Assembly: GCA_026914245.1 (NCBI GenBank)
Contig: CP110440.1
Coordinates: 3,906,001-3,970,000, forward strand
Length of the DNA stretch: 64,000 nucleotides
Source: Puccinia triticina
Lineage: Eukaryota
Direction of reading: 5' to 3'
Numbering within the stretch: position 1 is the first letter of the stretch; every line of letters begins with the position of its first letter. This document shows, piece by piece, positions 11,391-22,513 of the stretch. Position numbers and translations under genes: made by a program. The notes below the pieces were generated by a model. It saw only the letters and a program-made list of their open reading frames with translations. It ran no database searches and was not told the origin of the DNA.

Positions 11391-13427
11391 TCAACCAGAA
11401 CCAGTCAAGCACAGCGAGACCTCGATGTTGCGGCCCGCAGCGTCCGGAACGATGAGCTTCTCGCCAGATTGCGATGAAAACGCCAAAGTTGCTGCTACAT
11501 CCATCAAGAAAGGTCGACCGAGAATCAACGGCCCGTCCATTTTCGTAATCCAGAAATGACACGTCTTGACCAAAGTTTTGCTGATCCGTATCTGAACGTC
11601 TTCGGTCACTCCCATCAGCTCGCATGCTTGGTTGTTGATGCCATAGACCGCCGACGTGAAATTCACTCGCGGACTTAGATTGAATTGCGTAGCCATTGTA
11701 TCAGAGATCAGATTAAGCTGTGAACCAGAGTCCACGAGAGGGGAAGCCGAAGCTTTGTCGTCGCCAATGAAGCACGGAAGATGGCCCAGTGGGCACGAAT
11801 AGAGGTTCGGATCCAACCCCAAATCGCGGTTGGAGACCTCGACCAAAGTACCAGAGTTCACCTTAAGCTCCTCACTTCCCACCTCGACTCGACGCCTCGA
11901 CACCCACTTCTTCATTCCTTCGGCTATAGAGGGTGAAATAGCCATGAGTTCGGAGACAGTGATGTCCGGAACTTTCAGAATCGATATCTTCTTCAGCACG
12001 CCGTCCACCGCGTTTGGATGCTTGCGCGAGACCTCCCGTTCAAAGCGTACTTTCGGGCTTGCGGATTTTGCGGGTGGGGCTGAGGCCAAAGGGGTGTCAG
12101 CCGCCAATTCAGAGGGATCTTCGCGCCCTGTACCTCGCTCAAACAGGATCAGCTCCTCATCCATGGCGCTCCTGTCCTCCGGAACCGGTGGGGTCGGAGC
12201 CCTTTGAAGGGGCCGCTTCGCGGCACTATAAGGAACTGATGGAGCCTTAAAGGGTTTAGGGTCCTCGTGTCTCTTCCTTCCTGCGGGATCAGCCTCATAA
12301 ACGCCCAAAAATGACTGTGACGACACGGCTGGGGGGTACCACGGTTGAAGCGACCCACAGCCGACCTTGGATCCCGGAGACGACTCCACGGTGGCTTGAT
12401 TTGTTGTTTGCCTAGAGGGTTGGAACAAAGCCACCACATGGCGTATGGGTCTACTCGAATCCCACGGGATCAGAGCTCCGTTCGGAAGGGAGAAATTTGT
12501 GCCTTTCTGTTCGACGAGTTTGTCGTCCTTGTCCTTCTGCAGTTCGAAACAGCGAGCCGTACCGTGGCCTTCTCGGTGACAGTAAAAGCAAACCAACGGA
12601 GGTCTCGACCCCTGTGCTTGCTGAGGCCGATCGGACGCGAACTTCTGTTCTAACTTCTGCTCAAAAGACTCGAACATTTTTGTCAAGTCCTCCATAGAGG
12701 GAATCAGCTTTTCCTTCTGAGGAACATCCTTAGTGCGCCGCTCGACACCCATCTTCTTCATCACTTCGTTGGACTCCTTCATAGACGACGATGCTACTGG
12801 CTTGGTGCTTTTTGAATCCTCAAAGATCAAGGCTGTCTGTCTTTTCATGACTTCATTGATAGTCATCTTGAGCACGTCAAATTTCGGCAACTTGAAGCGC
12901 TTATCCGCCGTTGTAATCATCGCGTCATCCTTAAACAGTTGGTCCCTAATTCTCTCTTGAACGCCAGCCGAAAAAGACTGATAGAAGTCGTTACGGATCT
13001 CTTTGACAGACTCGATGTGTCCTTTTGCGACGAGGTAGGATTGTATAGGCTCCCATTCCTTGCGGAGTGCCTGATAATCGGAGACTGACGACACTCCTCC
13101 TCGAGCTACCCAGTCCTCCTTAAGGGCTTTGATGTCGCTAGTCGTGAATTTTGCGGAATCGATATCTTCCCAATACGACAGCATAGAAGCCTTCAACTTG
13201 GGCCAGTCTGGGGGTTCGTAGCCTTCCAGAGTCTCCAGAACGTCCAATGAGCTATCATCGACAAAGAAAAAGAGCTGTTTGGCCATGTCTCGTCCCGAGG
13301 CCTTGTCCAAACAAGCCGCCACCTGATACTGGCTCAGAAACCTCTCGACATTAGTCCCGTCAAACTTCAGGCTCTTGCCATGCGGTGGCTTGATCTTGAC
13401 GGATTTGACAACTTCCGATTCGGCCAT
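11391..13427 (-). CDS. Gag-aspartic protease polyprotein (678 aa)
   Basis: FDGTNVERFL gag start, zinc knuckle CFYCHREGHGTARC, protease LVDSGSQLN and LILGRPF. Confidence 0.88.
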   Translation of the reverse strand: MAESEVVKSVKIKPPHGKSLKFDGTNVERFLSQYQVAACLDKASGRDMAKQLFFFVDDSSLDVLETLEGYEPPDWPKLKASMLSYWEDIDSAKFTTSDIKALKEDWVARGGVSSVSDYQALRKEWEPIQSYLVAKGHIESVKEIRNDFYQSFSAGVQERIRDQLFKDDAMITTADKRFKLPKFDVLKMTINEVMKRQTALIFEDSKSTKPVASSSMKESNEVMKKMGVERRTKDVPQKEKLIPSMEDLTKMFESFEQKLEQKFASDRPQQAQGSRPPLVCFYCHREGHGTARCFELQKDKDDKLVEQKGTNFSLPNGALIPWDSSRPIRHVVALFQPSRQTTNQATVESSPGSKVGCGSLQPWYPPAVSSQSFLGVYEADPAGRKRHEDPKPFKAPSVPYSAAKRPLQRAPTPPVPEDRSAMDEELILFERGTGREDPSELAADTPLASAPPAKSASPKVRFEREVSRKHPNAVDGVLKKISILKVPDITVSELMAISPSIAEGMKKWVSRRRVEVGSEELKVNSGTLVEVSNRDLGLDPNLYSCPLGHLPCFIGDDKASASPLVDSGSQLNLISDTMATQFNLSPRVNFTSAVYGINNQACELMGVTEDVQIRISKTLVKTCHFWITKMDGPLILGRPFLMDVAATLAFSSQSGEKLIVPDAAGRNIEVSLCLTGSG

Positions 13428-13742
13428 GGCGCTCCGGAAAATCTTCAGACTGGAAATAGCAACAGAGGCGAACGAAAGGGCGGCTCACAGCGTGGCAAGT
13501 AATGTTTTGACGCGTGTAGAGATACCCTGGAGGTGCACAATGGATGGGACTTACTTCTGTCTCTCCTATGCCCCGCGGCTGAACACCCTAAAAAAATAAC
13601 AACAAAACTCGTGTTGAACTTGATCCTCAAACAAGAATCCAAAGACGTCTTTGGCTAAGTCCACGGTCGATTGTGATAACAAAAAGAAACAAAATTTGAA
13701 GAAATCCAGCCTAAGACCACCAGCCCGTCTCGAAATCCTGAG

Positions 13743-13793
13743 GCAAGACTGTAAATCTTGAGGTTGCTGGTTTGATCCCGGCTTGGGGGACCA
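13743..13793 (+). other. Extended primer-binding site: 3' two-thirds of a mature tRNA-Tyr(GTA) including CCA
   Basis: Anticodon arm caaga-ct-GTA-aa-tcttg, T arm gctgg-tttgatc-ccggc, acceptor strand ttggggg-a-CCA, 2 nt from the 5' LTR. Confidence 0.8.
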
Positions 13794-13795
13794 AA

Positions 13796-14608
13796 TATGG
13801 ACTCCTGTCGGGTCTGAGCCGAGGCAGTCGGTGGAGGGGATGGTGCTGAGTGCTGCCCTCTTTGGTGGTCCTGCGAAAAGTATTGGGAAAATTCGAACAA
13901 AGTGATAGCAGTTGGGGGGGGGGGGATTTTTTGGTGAGAGGGAACAAGGGGATGGAATACCCTCGGCGGTTTTGGTTGGTCAGAAAAGATCAGGAAAGAG
14001 GAACTCGGAGGGAAGCCAGCGCGTTTGTCGGGATATCTGGAGGTGATCAGCTGAAGGGAGAAACTTAGAAGACTCGGGTACTCAAAACTCAGAAATATGC
14101 GGAGATGGATCAACGCGATCCCGGGATCAATAAACTCTCAAAAGCTCTGATGATATCTTTCTGGGGGGGGGAGAGAGTACCATGCGGATCCCTCCTCCAA
14201 GTTCAGCTGAACTTGGATTCAGGCCCGCGACATGCCGCGCGACAAGCCCTTGTGCCCGCCGCGCCCTTACAGCTAGGATGAGAAGATGAGACAAACAACA
14301 AAACAAGACCAACCCTCCTCCAAATAAACCTGTCCAATGCACGCAAGGAAGAAACAGAAAAGAAAAGACATGTGTAAAAGGAAGGTAAATAGAGGAGTCA
14401 AAAACAAAACCAAACAACAAAAGAAAAGGAAGAAAGAAAGAGAAAGAGAAAGGGAAAGAAAGGAGAAACCGGGGAAGAAATGAGAACAGGAGCCTAAAAC
14501 AAAGTCTTGAGGGTGTTGTGCGCGCCGTGCCGTCGGGTGTTGGGGTCTTGATGATCTTGAAACCTTTATCCCGGTGTCCTGATCCTGTGTACGCGCCAGA
14601 ACTCCACA
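13796..14608 (-). repeat. 5' LTR
   Basis: Direct repeat of 4791-5601; followed by the PBS on the minus strand. Confidence 0.95.
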
Positions 14609-14636
14609 ACGGACACACTTTTGATAGTGGCAGACG

Positions 14637-15005
14637 CAGCGTAGCGCGCGCTCTTTTGCGCCCTGCGTGCTTAGCATTAGCGCAATTGCGCGTATCTGTG
14701 CTAACGCTACTGTAAAATCTAAAATGTATCTGTGCTAACGCTATGCTAAAAGCTAAAATAGCTTTTCACCCTGTGCGCGTAGCGTCAGCGCAGATGTGCG
14801 CGTAGCGTCAGCGCAGATGTGCGCGTAGCGTCAGCGCAGATGTGCGCGTAGCGTCAGCGCAGATGTGCGCGTAGCGTCAGCGCAGATGTGCGCATAGTGC
14901 AGCGCAGATGCGCACAATTGTGATAACGCTACGCTAAAAAAGAGCGCATCTGCGCTGCGCTACACTACACTAAAAGCTATGGTTAGCGTATCTGACCCAC
15001 TTTTG
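14637..15005. mobile_element. Right half of a relative of the 3239 MITE, with an internal 23-bp tandem repeat (14772-14910)
   Basis: cgtagcgcgcgctcttttgcgccctgc and end ggttagcgtatctgacccacttttg match the MITE; (tgtgcgcgtagcgtcagcgcaga)x5-6. Confidence 0.65.
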
Positions 15006-16806
15006 GGCCTTTTCAAACTCATCTGGGGCCTTTGGGCCCCAGAAAAGCTTGCATTGGCCCTCCACGCGCCCCTTTGACCCATTATTCAAATTTATTCGAA
15101 TATTTGAGCTTAAATTTGCCCAGGCATCATTTGACTCAAATCAAATACAAATACAAATACTCGAATTGATTTGATTTGATGTGCTAGTCTTTGCTGCAGG
15201 CGGGTACCAGCGGTACTTTTGGCAGGTACCACAGGTACCACTTATGATTTACCCTTGACAGCAGGTCTGTGCCGGCCTTTGAGGTTGTTAGTGTAGTCTC
15301 TTTATGACTGGTACATCCTGATCATTGAGAGTGTAGGCAACCCTCTCAAGGACCAGCACAGACCAGTCATTGAGCTCAACCCCCACCCTCCACCATCAAA
15401 AAACAAAATAACAAATAACAGGAGGTGCATGGGATGACCGGTCATTTGATCATTGATCAACCGGTCATCAATAGGATGGCCAGTCAATGATAGGATGACC
15501 CATCATTTTTCAACCGTTCATCAATGGGATGACAAGTCCTTGATAGCATGACGTGTCATCAAAGACTGGTCCTTGGATAGGCCAACTGGACATCAATAGA
15601 CCGCCGAATGTCAGGAAAAATGGTCATTGGATAGAGTTCTATCTTGCGGCATTGCCTGTGGGTACCTGTCAGACCCTTCTGACAGCGGGTATTACCTGCA
15701 GGTACCCCGGTCCTGGTGCCATTTTGCTCAAATTCATGCACACAGACCTGTACATGGACCCGCCTGTAGGTACCTGTGGCTATGTATTGGAACATCAGAC
15801 ACTGTTTTCTGTTGCCTGCAGTGCAAATTTGCAATTTTTGATGTGTTTTCACTGCCTGCTAAAATTTAGGATGGATTTTGGCTTTGATTTTTTCATTTAT
15901 TATCATTTGCGTCACATGTCATTCAACTTATTCTGATTCTTCATGATTTTTTTGGAATAGTATTAAAGATTTTCCAAAATTGTCATTTAATGAAAGAAAA
16001 TTTATAATTTTTTGGATTTTCCAAATACTTTTTATTTTTTTATATTCACTCTTCTACAGTCATTTCACACACCCATTGTCCAATCCTCATGACTTCAATT
16101 CTGCTGGTTGGGCTTCTTAAATGAGCTTCTGGGGGTTCAGATATATCTGTCAAGGTACTGTACATCATTCAGCCTCAGGGACTTGTTGTTGGTTGCTACT
16201 CATTGCTCCAGTCTTTGAATGTTCGGCAACAAGAGCTAGTCTCTCTCACGGGGTAGTGAGGCTGCAACTACAGCGCCGTAGATACAGCGCTTCCTTTAAG
16301 GTGCTGCATCAAAGCTTTAAGTACCTAGGAGCTTTTTCTTTTGGTCACTGTACTGTAAGATTACTGCAGGCTGTAAGTACATCGCATCCTTTTGGCTACA
16401 ATGCTTTTGCATTATGCGGGGCCGTATTACTACTGATGCGGTGCTGTCCTTGCTGTACCCTGGCGCTCTTTAGATACTGCGGCGCTGTAATGAAAGCGCA
16501 TCTTTTTACGCGCATGAGGTTAATCCTCAGCGTGCTGTTATTGTCTCATTTATTCTCAGGTTTTTATGTTTTTTCTTTTTATACTAAGGCCCCGTTTGGA
16601 CGCCCAGTGTGATATTATAAATTGCATAATAAATTTCATAACACCCAAAATGAATTCCAAGTGTCATAAACCAATTATCCCACCAATAAATTTATCATAT
16701 GTATGTTTGGCGCATCTGCTCAATAAATTTTATAGTGCCCGCTTATTGCAAGACTTTTTGGCAAATAAAACTCCATTTGGTGTCATACACGCTCATCACC
16801 CTTGCC

Positions 16807-18098
16807 ATGGCACAACCCAACATGCTTCAAAAACAAAAACAGCACCAGCTCCAACAAAAGAGGATGGCGCTATTCATCATTATACTCATTGGCCTCCGTC
16901 AGTGGTCCAAGACAATCAAGCAGCCTTACAACAATAGCATCTTAACAGGTGATGCATACGTCAGACACATCTTGAATGGCAACCAACTACGGGCTCAGGC
17001 AATGTTCCAAATCTCAATTGATGTGTTCAGGATTTTCTCGGATGAGCTTCTATCAATCAACTGTGAACCGGTCTCAAAGCTAGTCAGCATGGACGAACAA
17101 TTGGCTATCTTCTTATACATTGTTGGACAAAACGCGACCAACAGGCAAACTCAAGACCGATTCCAGCACAGTGGCGAAACAATCTCTCGAATCTTTCATC
17201 ATGTGATTTACCTCTTTCTCCAGCTCCAGAGCAAGTATATTGTTTCTCCCCGTCGCAATGTCACACATGAATCTATCCTCGACAACCCAAAATTTGCACC
17301 ATTTTTTGAAGGATGTATCGGGGCAATGGATGGATGCCATGTCCCAGCAAGCGTACCAGAACAAATGGCCGGCCCGTATCGTAATTGCAAGGGTGGTTTA
17401 TCTCAGAACGTTCTTGGGGTTGTCGACTTTGACATGAAATTCACGTACATGATGGTTGGATGGGAGGGATCTGCTCATGACTCACGGGTTCTTGGAAGCG
17501 CGATGGCTGAGGACTTCAAAATACCAAGTGACTCTTTCTACCTTGCTGACGCTGGCTACTCCCTCTCTAAGGGGATCCTTGTTCCGTACCGTGGGGTTCG
17601 TTATCACCTGCGTGAAACTGCACAGGCTGGAAACAGGTATGATTAATAGCTTAGCTCACAGTTTGGATTGGTCTAGTAACTGATCAAGATCACTTTATCA
17701 GGCCAGCGAACAAGGAAGAGCTCTATAATCTCAGACATTTAATGCTTTGGAATGTTGTTGAGCGAACATTTGGCACATGGAAGAAATGATTCCCGATCCT
17801 GGTCCACCCGTTGGGATACAGCTTGCGAACTCAAGGAGACCTGGTACTTGCTCTGGCAGTTGTCCACAATATGATCATCGAACACAACGGCCAGTCGGAG
17901 TATTTTGATGACCCAAACTATGCAGGGGATCCACCCGATGACAATGAGATCCCCAACAAAGAAGACAATACTGCGAATGAATCAAACGCCTCTACCCGAG
18001 CTCAGCAGCGAGCAGAACTCAAGAAATGGCGTGATTCGATTGCTTCTAACATGTGGGAACAATACCTCAACTACCTTGAAGAACGACGGTGTGAATGA
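16807..18098 (+). pseudogene. Harbinger DDE transposase (intron 17637-17701; in-frame TGA at 17787)
   Basis: EQLAIFLY, RFQHSGETISR, CIGAMDGCHV, GWEGSAHD, YLADAGY, NVVERTFGTWKK*. Confidence 0.9.
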
Positions 18099-18448
18099 GC
18101 ACCAGACAGATCGGTATCAATCAAACAGACAAATTAGTATTGACCAACAAATACAGATCAGTTTCAATTGAAAAACACAAAGATAGGGAGCCTGTTTGTC
18201 TATTTTTATTTATGTAGTCCAAGCAGACAAAAGGGGATTGTTTTATTTGTGATTCCGAGCAGAAAAAAGGAGATTGTTTTTTTCATCGCTAGTTTTATTT
18301 GTGATTCAAAGAAGAGGATTGTGATCAGAGAGAATGGTAATTGGATAGATCAATGAAAATAAAGACAAGCATTTGTAATTATACTTCTTTGTTTAGACTG
18401 AGAGAAAAAACCAGTGACAGTGATTGATGAGAACAAAGACCAGGGGTA

Positions 18449-19611
18449 CTAGTTGGCCGAGGACATCTGACTATCTATTTGTTTTTCTAACCAGGCCTGC
18501 GCATGGTCATTTGAACGGATTGCTAGAAAAGTGGAGGCATTGGATTCGTTCTTCAAGACATCAAAACCTGCTACAAGCTCCTCAAGGCTCAGATGGTCAG
18601 CAAAATGATCTTGGAATTTTTCCATCGCTCTCATTGCTATTGAGGATTCTGCATCTTTGGGCTGAGGGTTGGAAGCCAAAAATGCCTCCGCCAGACGATT
18701 GATTGAGTTCTCAGACCAATCTCCAGAGGTTACCCGATGACGGCGGGGAGGTCGAACACCGGGACGCTGAGTACTAGTCTGAGTAGGTCTATTTCTAACA
18801 TTGGCGTCCTCAGCTGGGTCTTGATTGTCACCAGTCGGAGCGTCCTCTTCAGGTGCATCAATGAGCTCGGTCCCTGACGTCCGACGCAAAACACCACTGG
18901 CCGTGTTTCCCTCAAAAATAACCTGATAGTCGCTGTACTCGGGGAAGGGGGTATTCTTGAAGCGCTTCGCATTGGGGTGTGACTAAGAAAAAATCATTAA
19001 CATCCATCAAGGTTGTCCTACTGTGCAGGTATTGAATGAAGACCTACCACTAAGAAAGAGTTCCAGACCTCCTTGGAGGCTGTGACCATGCACTCAGCCT
19101 CGTTCCAACCAAATCCACTTGCCCCTTTGCAAGCAGAGAAGGCATCCCAAACCTTCTTGAAGGACTGACTGAATTTGGACTTGACCTTTGCAATGGTGAA
19201 TTTGACTCCGGGGAACTCCTTCGCAAGCTCAATGGCAACTGATTGATGTACCTTGGGTTTGAAACCGGCTTCGCCTCTCTTTCCTGACTCGACTGCTTTG
19301 ACATACATTTCAATAGCACTGCATTCCATACCAGCAGTCCATATGAGGTTCTTGGTCTTATCCTTCTTGGGACTATCTTCAGGTTGCGACTGGTGAATTT
19401 GAGATTGAGAGCCTGGATTTTGGGTTGATCCAGGGTGTTCAGTGCAAGTGGCCTGAGTAAGTTTCTGAGACTGAGTTGCCGGAGTCGCTGACAATACCGG
19501 AGTAGCTGGAGTGTTCTGCTGTTTTTGAGGCTTTCGACGGCGGTTAGGAGTGGCAATGACACTGGGAGGCTTGGATTGATGAGTAGGCTGAGAAGATCTT
19601 TGTCAACCCAT
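18449..19611 (-). pseudogene. Harbinger Myb/SANT-like DNA-binding protein (intron 18983-19047; TGA at codon 3)
   Basis: LIWTAGME...GFKP...SGFGWN...EVWNSFLV|SHPNAKRFKNTPFPEY after splicing. Confidence 0.8.
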
Positions 19612-19899
19612 GTTGTCTTGTGGTGATGATAGACAGTGTGGGACTTGTCAAAAAGAGGCCAGCGGGCTGAATATCACCCAGAAATACAGGTCAGGACCTA
19701 TATTTCTGGAATGGCAGGGGATATAAATTTTCTGTGATACGGCGTAATGAATTTTACAATATCATTGGCCGTCCCGAACACATATAAATTTGGTGTTATA
19801 CCCCAAGCACCCCCGGTTATAAGTCGCGCAATTTATAACCAAAATTGGGGCGTCCAAACGGGGCCTAAGATTATATATATATATATATATATATATATA

Positions 19900-21906
19900 C
19901 GGACCTACTTTGCGCAGCAGCAAAAAACTCTTCGCGCACAGAATCGACCGTCCCCCGATGTTGATCCCGCTGTGCGTGCAAGCAGAGAAATACTTTGCGC
20001 ACAGCGACTTCCCCCGAAAGAAGGAGGGGATTTTTCCCAAATTTTTTTTGATGGATCAAAAGAGGGGGTCTTAACTGCCCTCTCCAAAAAATATTAGATG
20101 TTTTGGAGGTGTCCTTGTCATGTAAAAAAAAATCATAATATTAATCCAAAAAAAGGCACCCGCTACCCCGATAGCCCACCCCGGGGACTTTTCACCGCTC
20201 AGACTTCAGCGGTCGGGTACCCAGCCCCTCGAAAAGAAAGTTTGAGGGGCAGCAACTCCGGGCCCGGCTATCCCCCAGCCGCCGTGCCAATGGCCCGCAC
20301 AGGCCATCGAGTGGAGTTACACACTCCCCCAATGACCGGCCAGCACCTGTGTGCATGTGGCACAAATTGCCGGTCATCGAGGGGGTGTTCACTTGGACCC
20401 GGTCATTGAGGGAAGTATGTACTCCTCTCAATGACCGGCACGGACCCGGTCATCAAGAGGAGTGAACACCCCCTCGATGACCGGAACGGACCCGGTCATC
20501 GAGAGGAGTACATATTGTGTTTTGAAAAAAGCTTGGACACTTTTCCAAAATCAGTTCTGCACCGGAAAGTCCAAAAGCTACACTTATGGGGTCTGGGAGG
20601 CACTGGTAGCTGGGTATGAGTAGAATCTGTGAGTGAACCCCATTTTTGGCATACATCAAGTGAAGTTGGTGTTTTTGTGATGGAGGGGGGGATTAACCAA
20701 ATGTCCAAGAATTATTCAAAACACAATACTTCCCTCGGTGACCGGGCCCGTTCCGGTACCGGGTCCGTTCCGGCTCACCTCGATCGAGAGGAGTGAACAC
20801 CCCCTCAATGACCGGGCCCGTTCCGGTCATCGAGGGGAGTGTTCACTCCTCTCGACAACCGGAGCAACCAGGTCACCAAGAGGAGTACGTACTCCTCCGA
20901 GAATGCCCGGGACGTTCCGGTCATCGAGAGGAGTACACCCTCGATGACCCGATTGCTCCGGTCGTCAAGAGAAGTGAACATTCCCCTCGATGACCGGAAC
21001 GGGCCCGGTCATCGAGAGGATTACATACCCCCCTCGATGACCCGATTGCTCCGGTCATCGAGAGGAGTGAACACTTCCCTCGATGACCGGAACGGACCCG
21101 GTCATCGAGGGAAGTATGTACTCCTCTCGATGACCGGCACGGACCCGGTCATCGAGAGGAGTGAACACCCCCCTCGATGACCGGAACGGACTCGGTCATC
21201 GAGGGAAGGATTTATTCCTCTCGATGACCGGAATGTTCCGGTCATCGAGAGGGGAATATGTATGTACGTACTCCCCTTGACGGCCCAGTTGCTCCGGTTG
21301 TCGAGAGGAGTGAACACTCCCCTCGTGACCAGAACGTCATCGAGGGAAGTTTGTACTCCTGTCGATGACCTACTCCTGTCGATGACCTACTCCTGTCGAT
21401 GACCTACTCCTGTCGATGACCTACTCCTGTCGATGACCTACTCCTGTCGATGACCGAAACAGAGTGGCCATCGAGAGGAGTACATGATCCCCTCAATGAC
21501 CGGTAGTCTGTGCTGGCCGGTCATCGGGGAGCGTGTAACTCCGCTCGATGGCCTGTGCCGGCCATCGGCACGGCACGGCGGCTGGGAGTTAGCCGGAGCC
21601 GCTGCCCCTCGAACTTTCTTTTCGAGGGGCTGCATACCCGACCGCTTGAGTTTTGGCAGGTCAAAATTCCCCGGGGTGGGTTATCGGGGCAGGGGGAGCT
21701 TATTTTTTGGATTCATATTATAAAAAAATTTACATGATGGAGGACACCTCCAAAAAATCCAAGATTTTTTGGAGGGGGCAAGCAAGACCCCCTCTTTTGA
21801 TCCATCAAAAAAAAATCCAGAAAAACTCCCTCCTTCTTTCGGGGGAAGTCGCTGTGCGCGAAGTATTTTTTGGCTTGCGCGCACAGCGGGCTTGACGTCG
21901 GGGGAC

Positions 21907-21908
<2 letters not shown>
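19900..21908. mobile_element. Non-coding foldback element with long TIRs, flanked by (TA)n
   Basis: ~19957-20400 is inverted at ~21470-21908; interior of tcgatgaccgg...ccggtcatcga palindromic units; (TA)n at 19872-19899 and 21909-21940. Confidence 0.8.
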
Positions 21909-21943
<35 letters not shown>

Positions 21944-22090
21944 GATCGGATTCTACTTCTAGCAGGCAGCCGAAACAAAATCATGAGCTCAAACTATCTG
22001 CAAGATCGTTCCTTCAGAGGCATGTGTGAATCAAACAGACTTGAACCTACTCTGTGTACAGGACCCCGCGTCGGAGACGGTTGTGGCTTC

Positions 22091-22513
22091 TTAGGATCGA
22101 GCGTATTGCTCATATTGCGGTGTTGTGATGGTGTATTTCAACTTAACATTCCGAGGCTGTCGTCTTACTGAGGCGAGGGGGGTTATTTCGGAACCCTCTT
22201 CTAAGAGAACTAGGGAATAAACGGGTTCGTCGTTCACTTGCAGCATGAGGTTTACCTTGTAGGGTAACGGGTTGTTGGCTTGAATCACCCAATGTTTGTC
22301 GTTCCCCACCTGTGTTACATAAAGTTCGGTCTCGACATACTTGCATGTGCCGAATAAGGTTGAGCAAAATTCGGTTTTGAGGTCAGTGTCTTTCCATTCG
22401 TGTGTGAATGATGATACTCCGTCTCCGTGTGTGATTGGTGATAGTAATGGAACGCATAGGCCTAAAAGCGCGAAGAGGACGAGGAATTGGGTGAATGCAA
22501 TACTGGTCCTCAT
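22091..22513 (-). CDS. Small predicted secreted protein (~140 aa), candidate effector
   Basis: N-terminus MRTSIAFTQFLVLFALLGLCVP resembles a signal peptide; two Cys in the mature part; uninterrupted ORF. Confidence 0.55.
   Translation of the reverse strand: MRTSIAFTQFLVLFALLGLCVPLLSPITHGDGVSSFTHEWKDTDLKTEFCSTLFGTCKYVETELYVTQVGNDKHWVIQANNPLPYKVNLMLQVNDEPVYSLVLLEEGSEITPLASVRRQPRNVKLKYTITTPQYEQYARS

Larger units (their letters stand above)
4791..14608 (-). mobile_element. Full-length Ty3/Gypsy LTR retrotransposon (degenerate pol)
   Basis: Two ~811-bp near-identical LTRs, 4-bp TSD acgg, PBS, PPT, gag-protease ORF, RT-RNaseH-integrase order. Confidence 0.95.
4408..15193. mobile_element. TIR DNA element (CAA...TTG, 8-bp TSD) hosting the Gypsy insertion
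   Basis: Perfect 13-bp TIR caaagactagcac / gtgctagtctttg; TSD ccgcaggc / ctgcaggc (1 mismatch); tattcga/tatttga subterminal repeats at both ends. Confidence 0.65.
16588..19865. mobile_element. PIF/Harbinger DNA transposon, complete structure
   Basis: Perfect 18-bp TIR ggccccgtttggacgccc, TAA TSD on both sides, convergent transposase and Myb/SANT-like genes. Confidence 0.95.

Noticed and set aside
13743..13793. Functional tRNA-Tyr gene
   Set aside because: No 5' acceptor strand or D arm, has encoded CCA, and sits at the PBS position
20330..21480. CRISPR-like appearance of regularly spaced palindromic repeats
   Set aside because: Spacers are themselves repetitive, there are no cas genes, the context is eukaryotic and the array lies inside a TIR element
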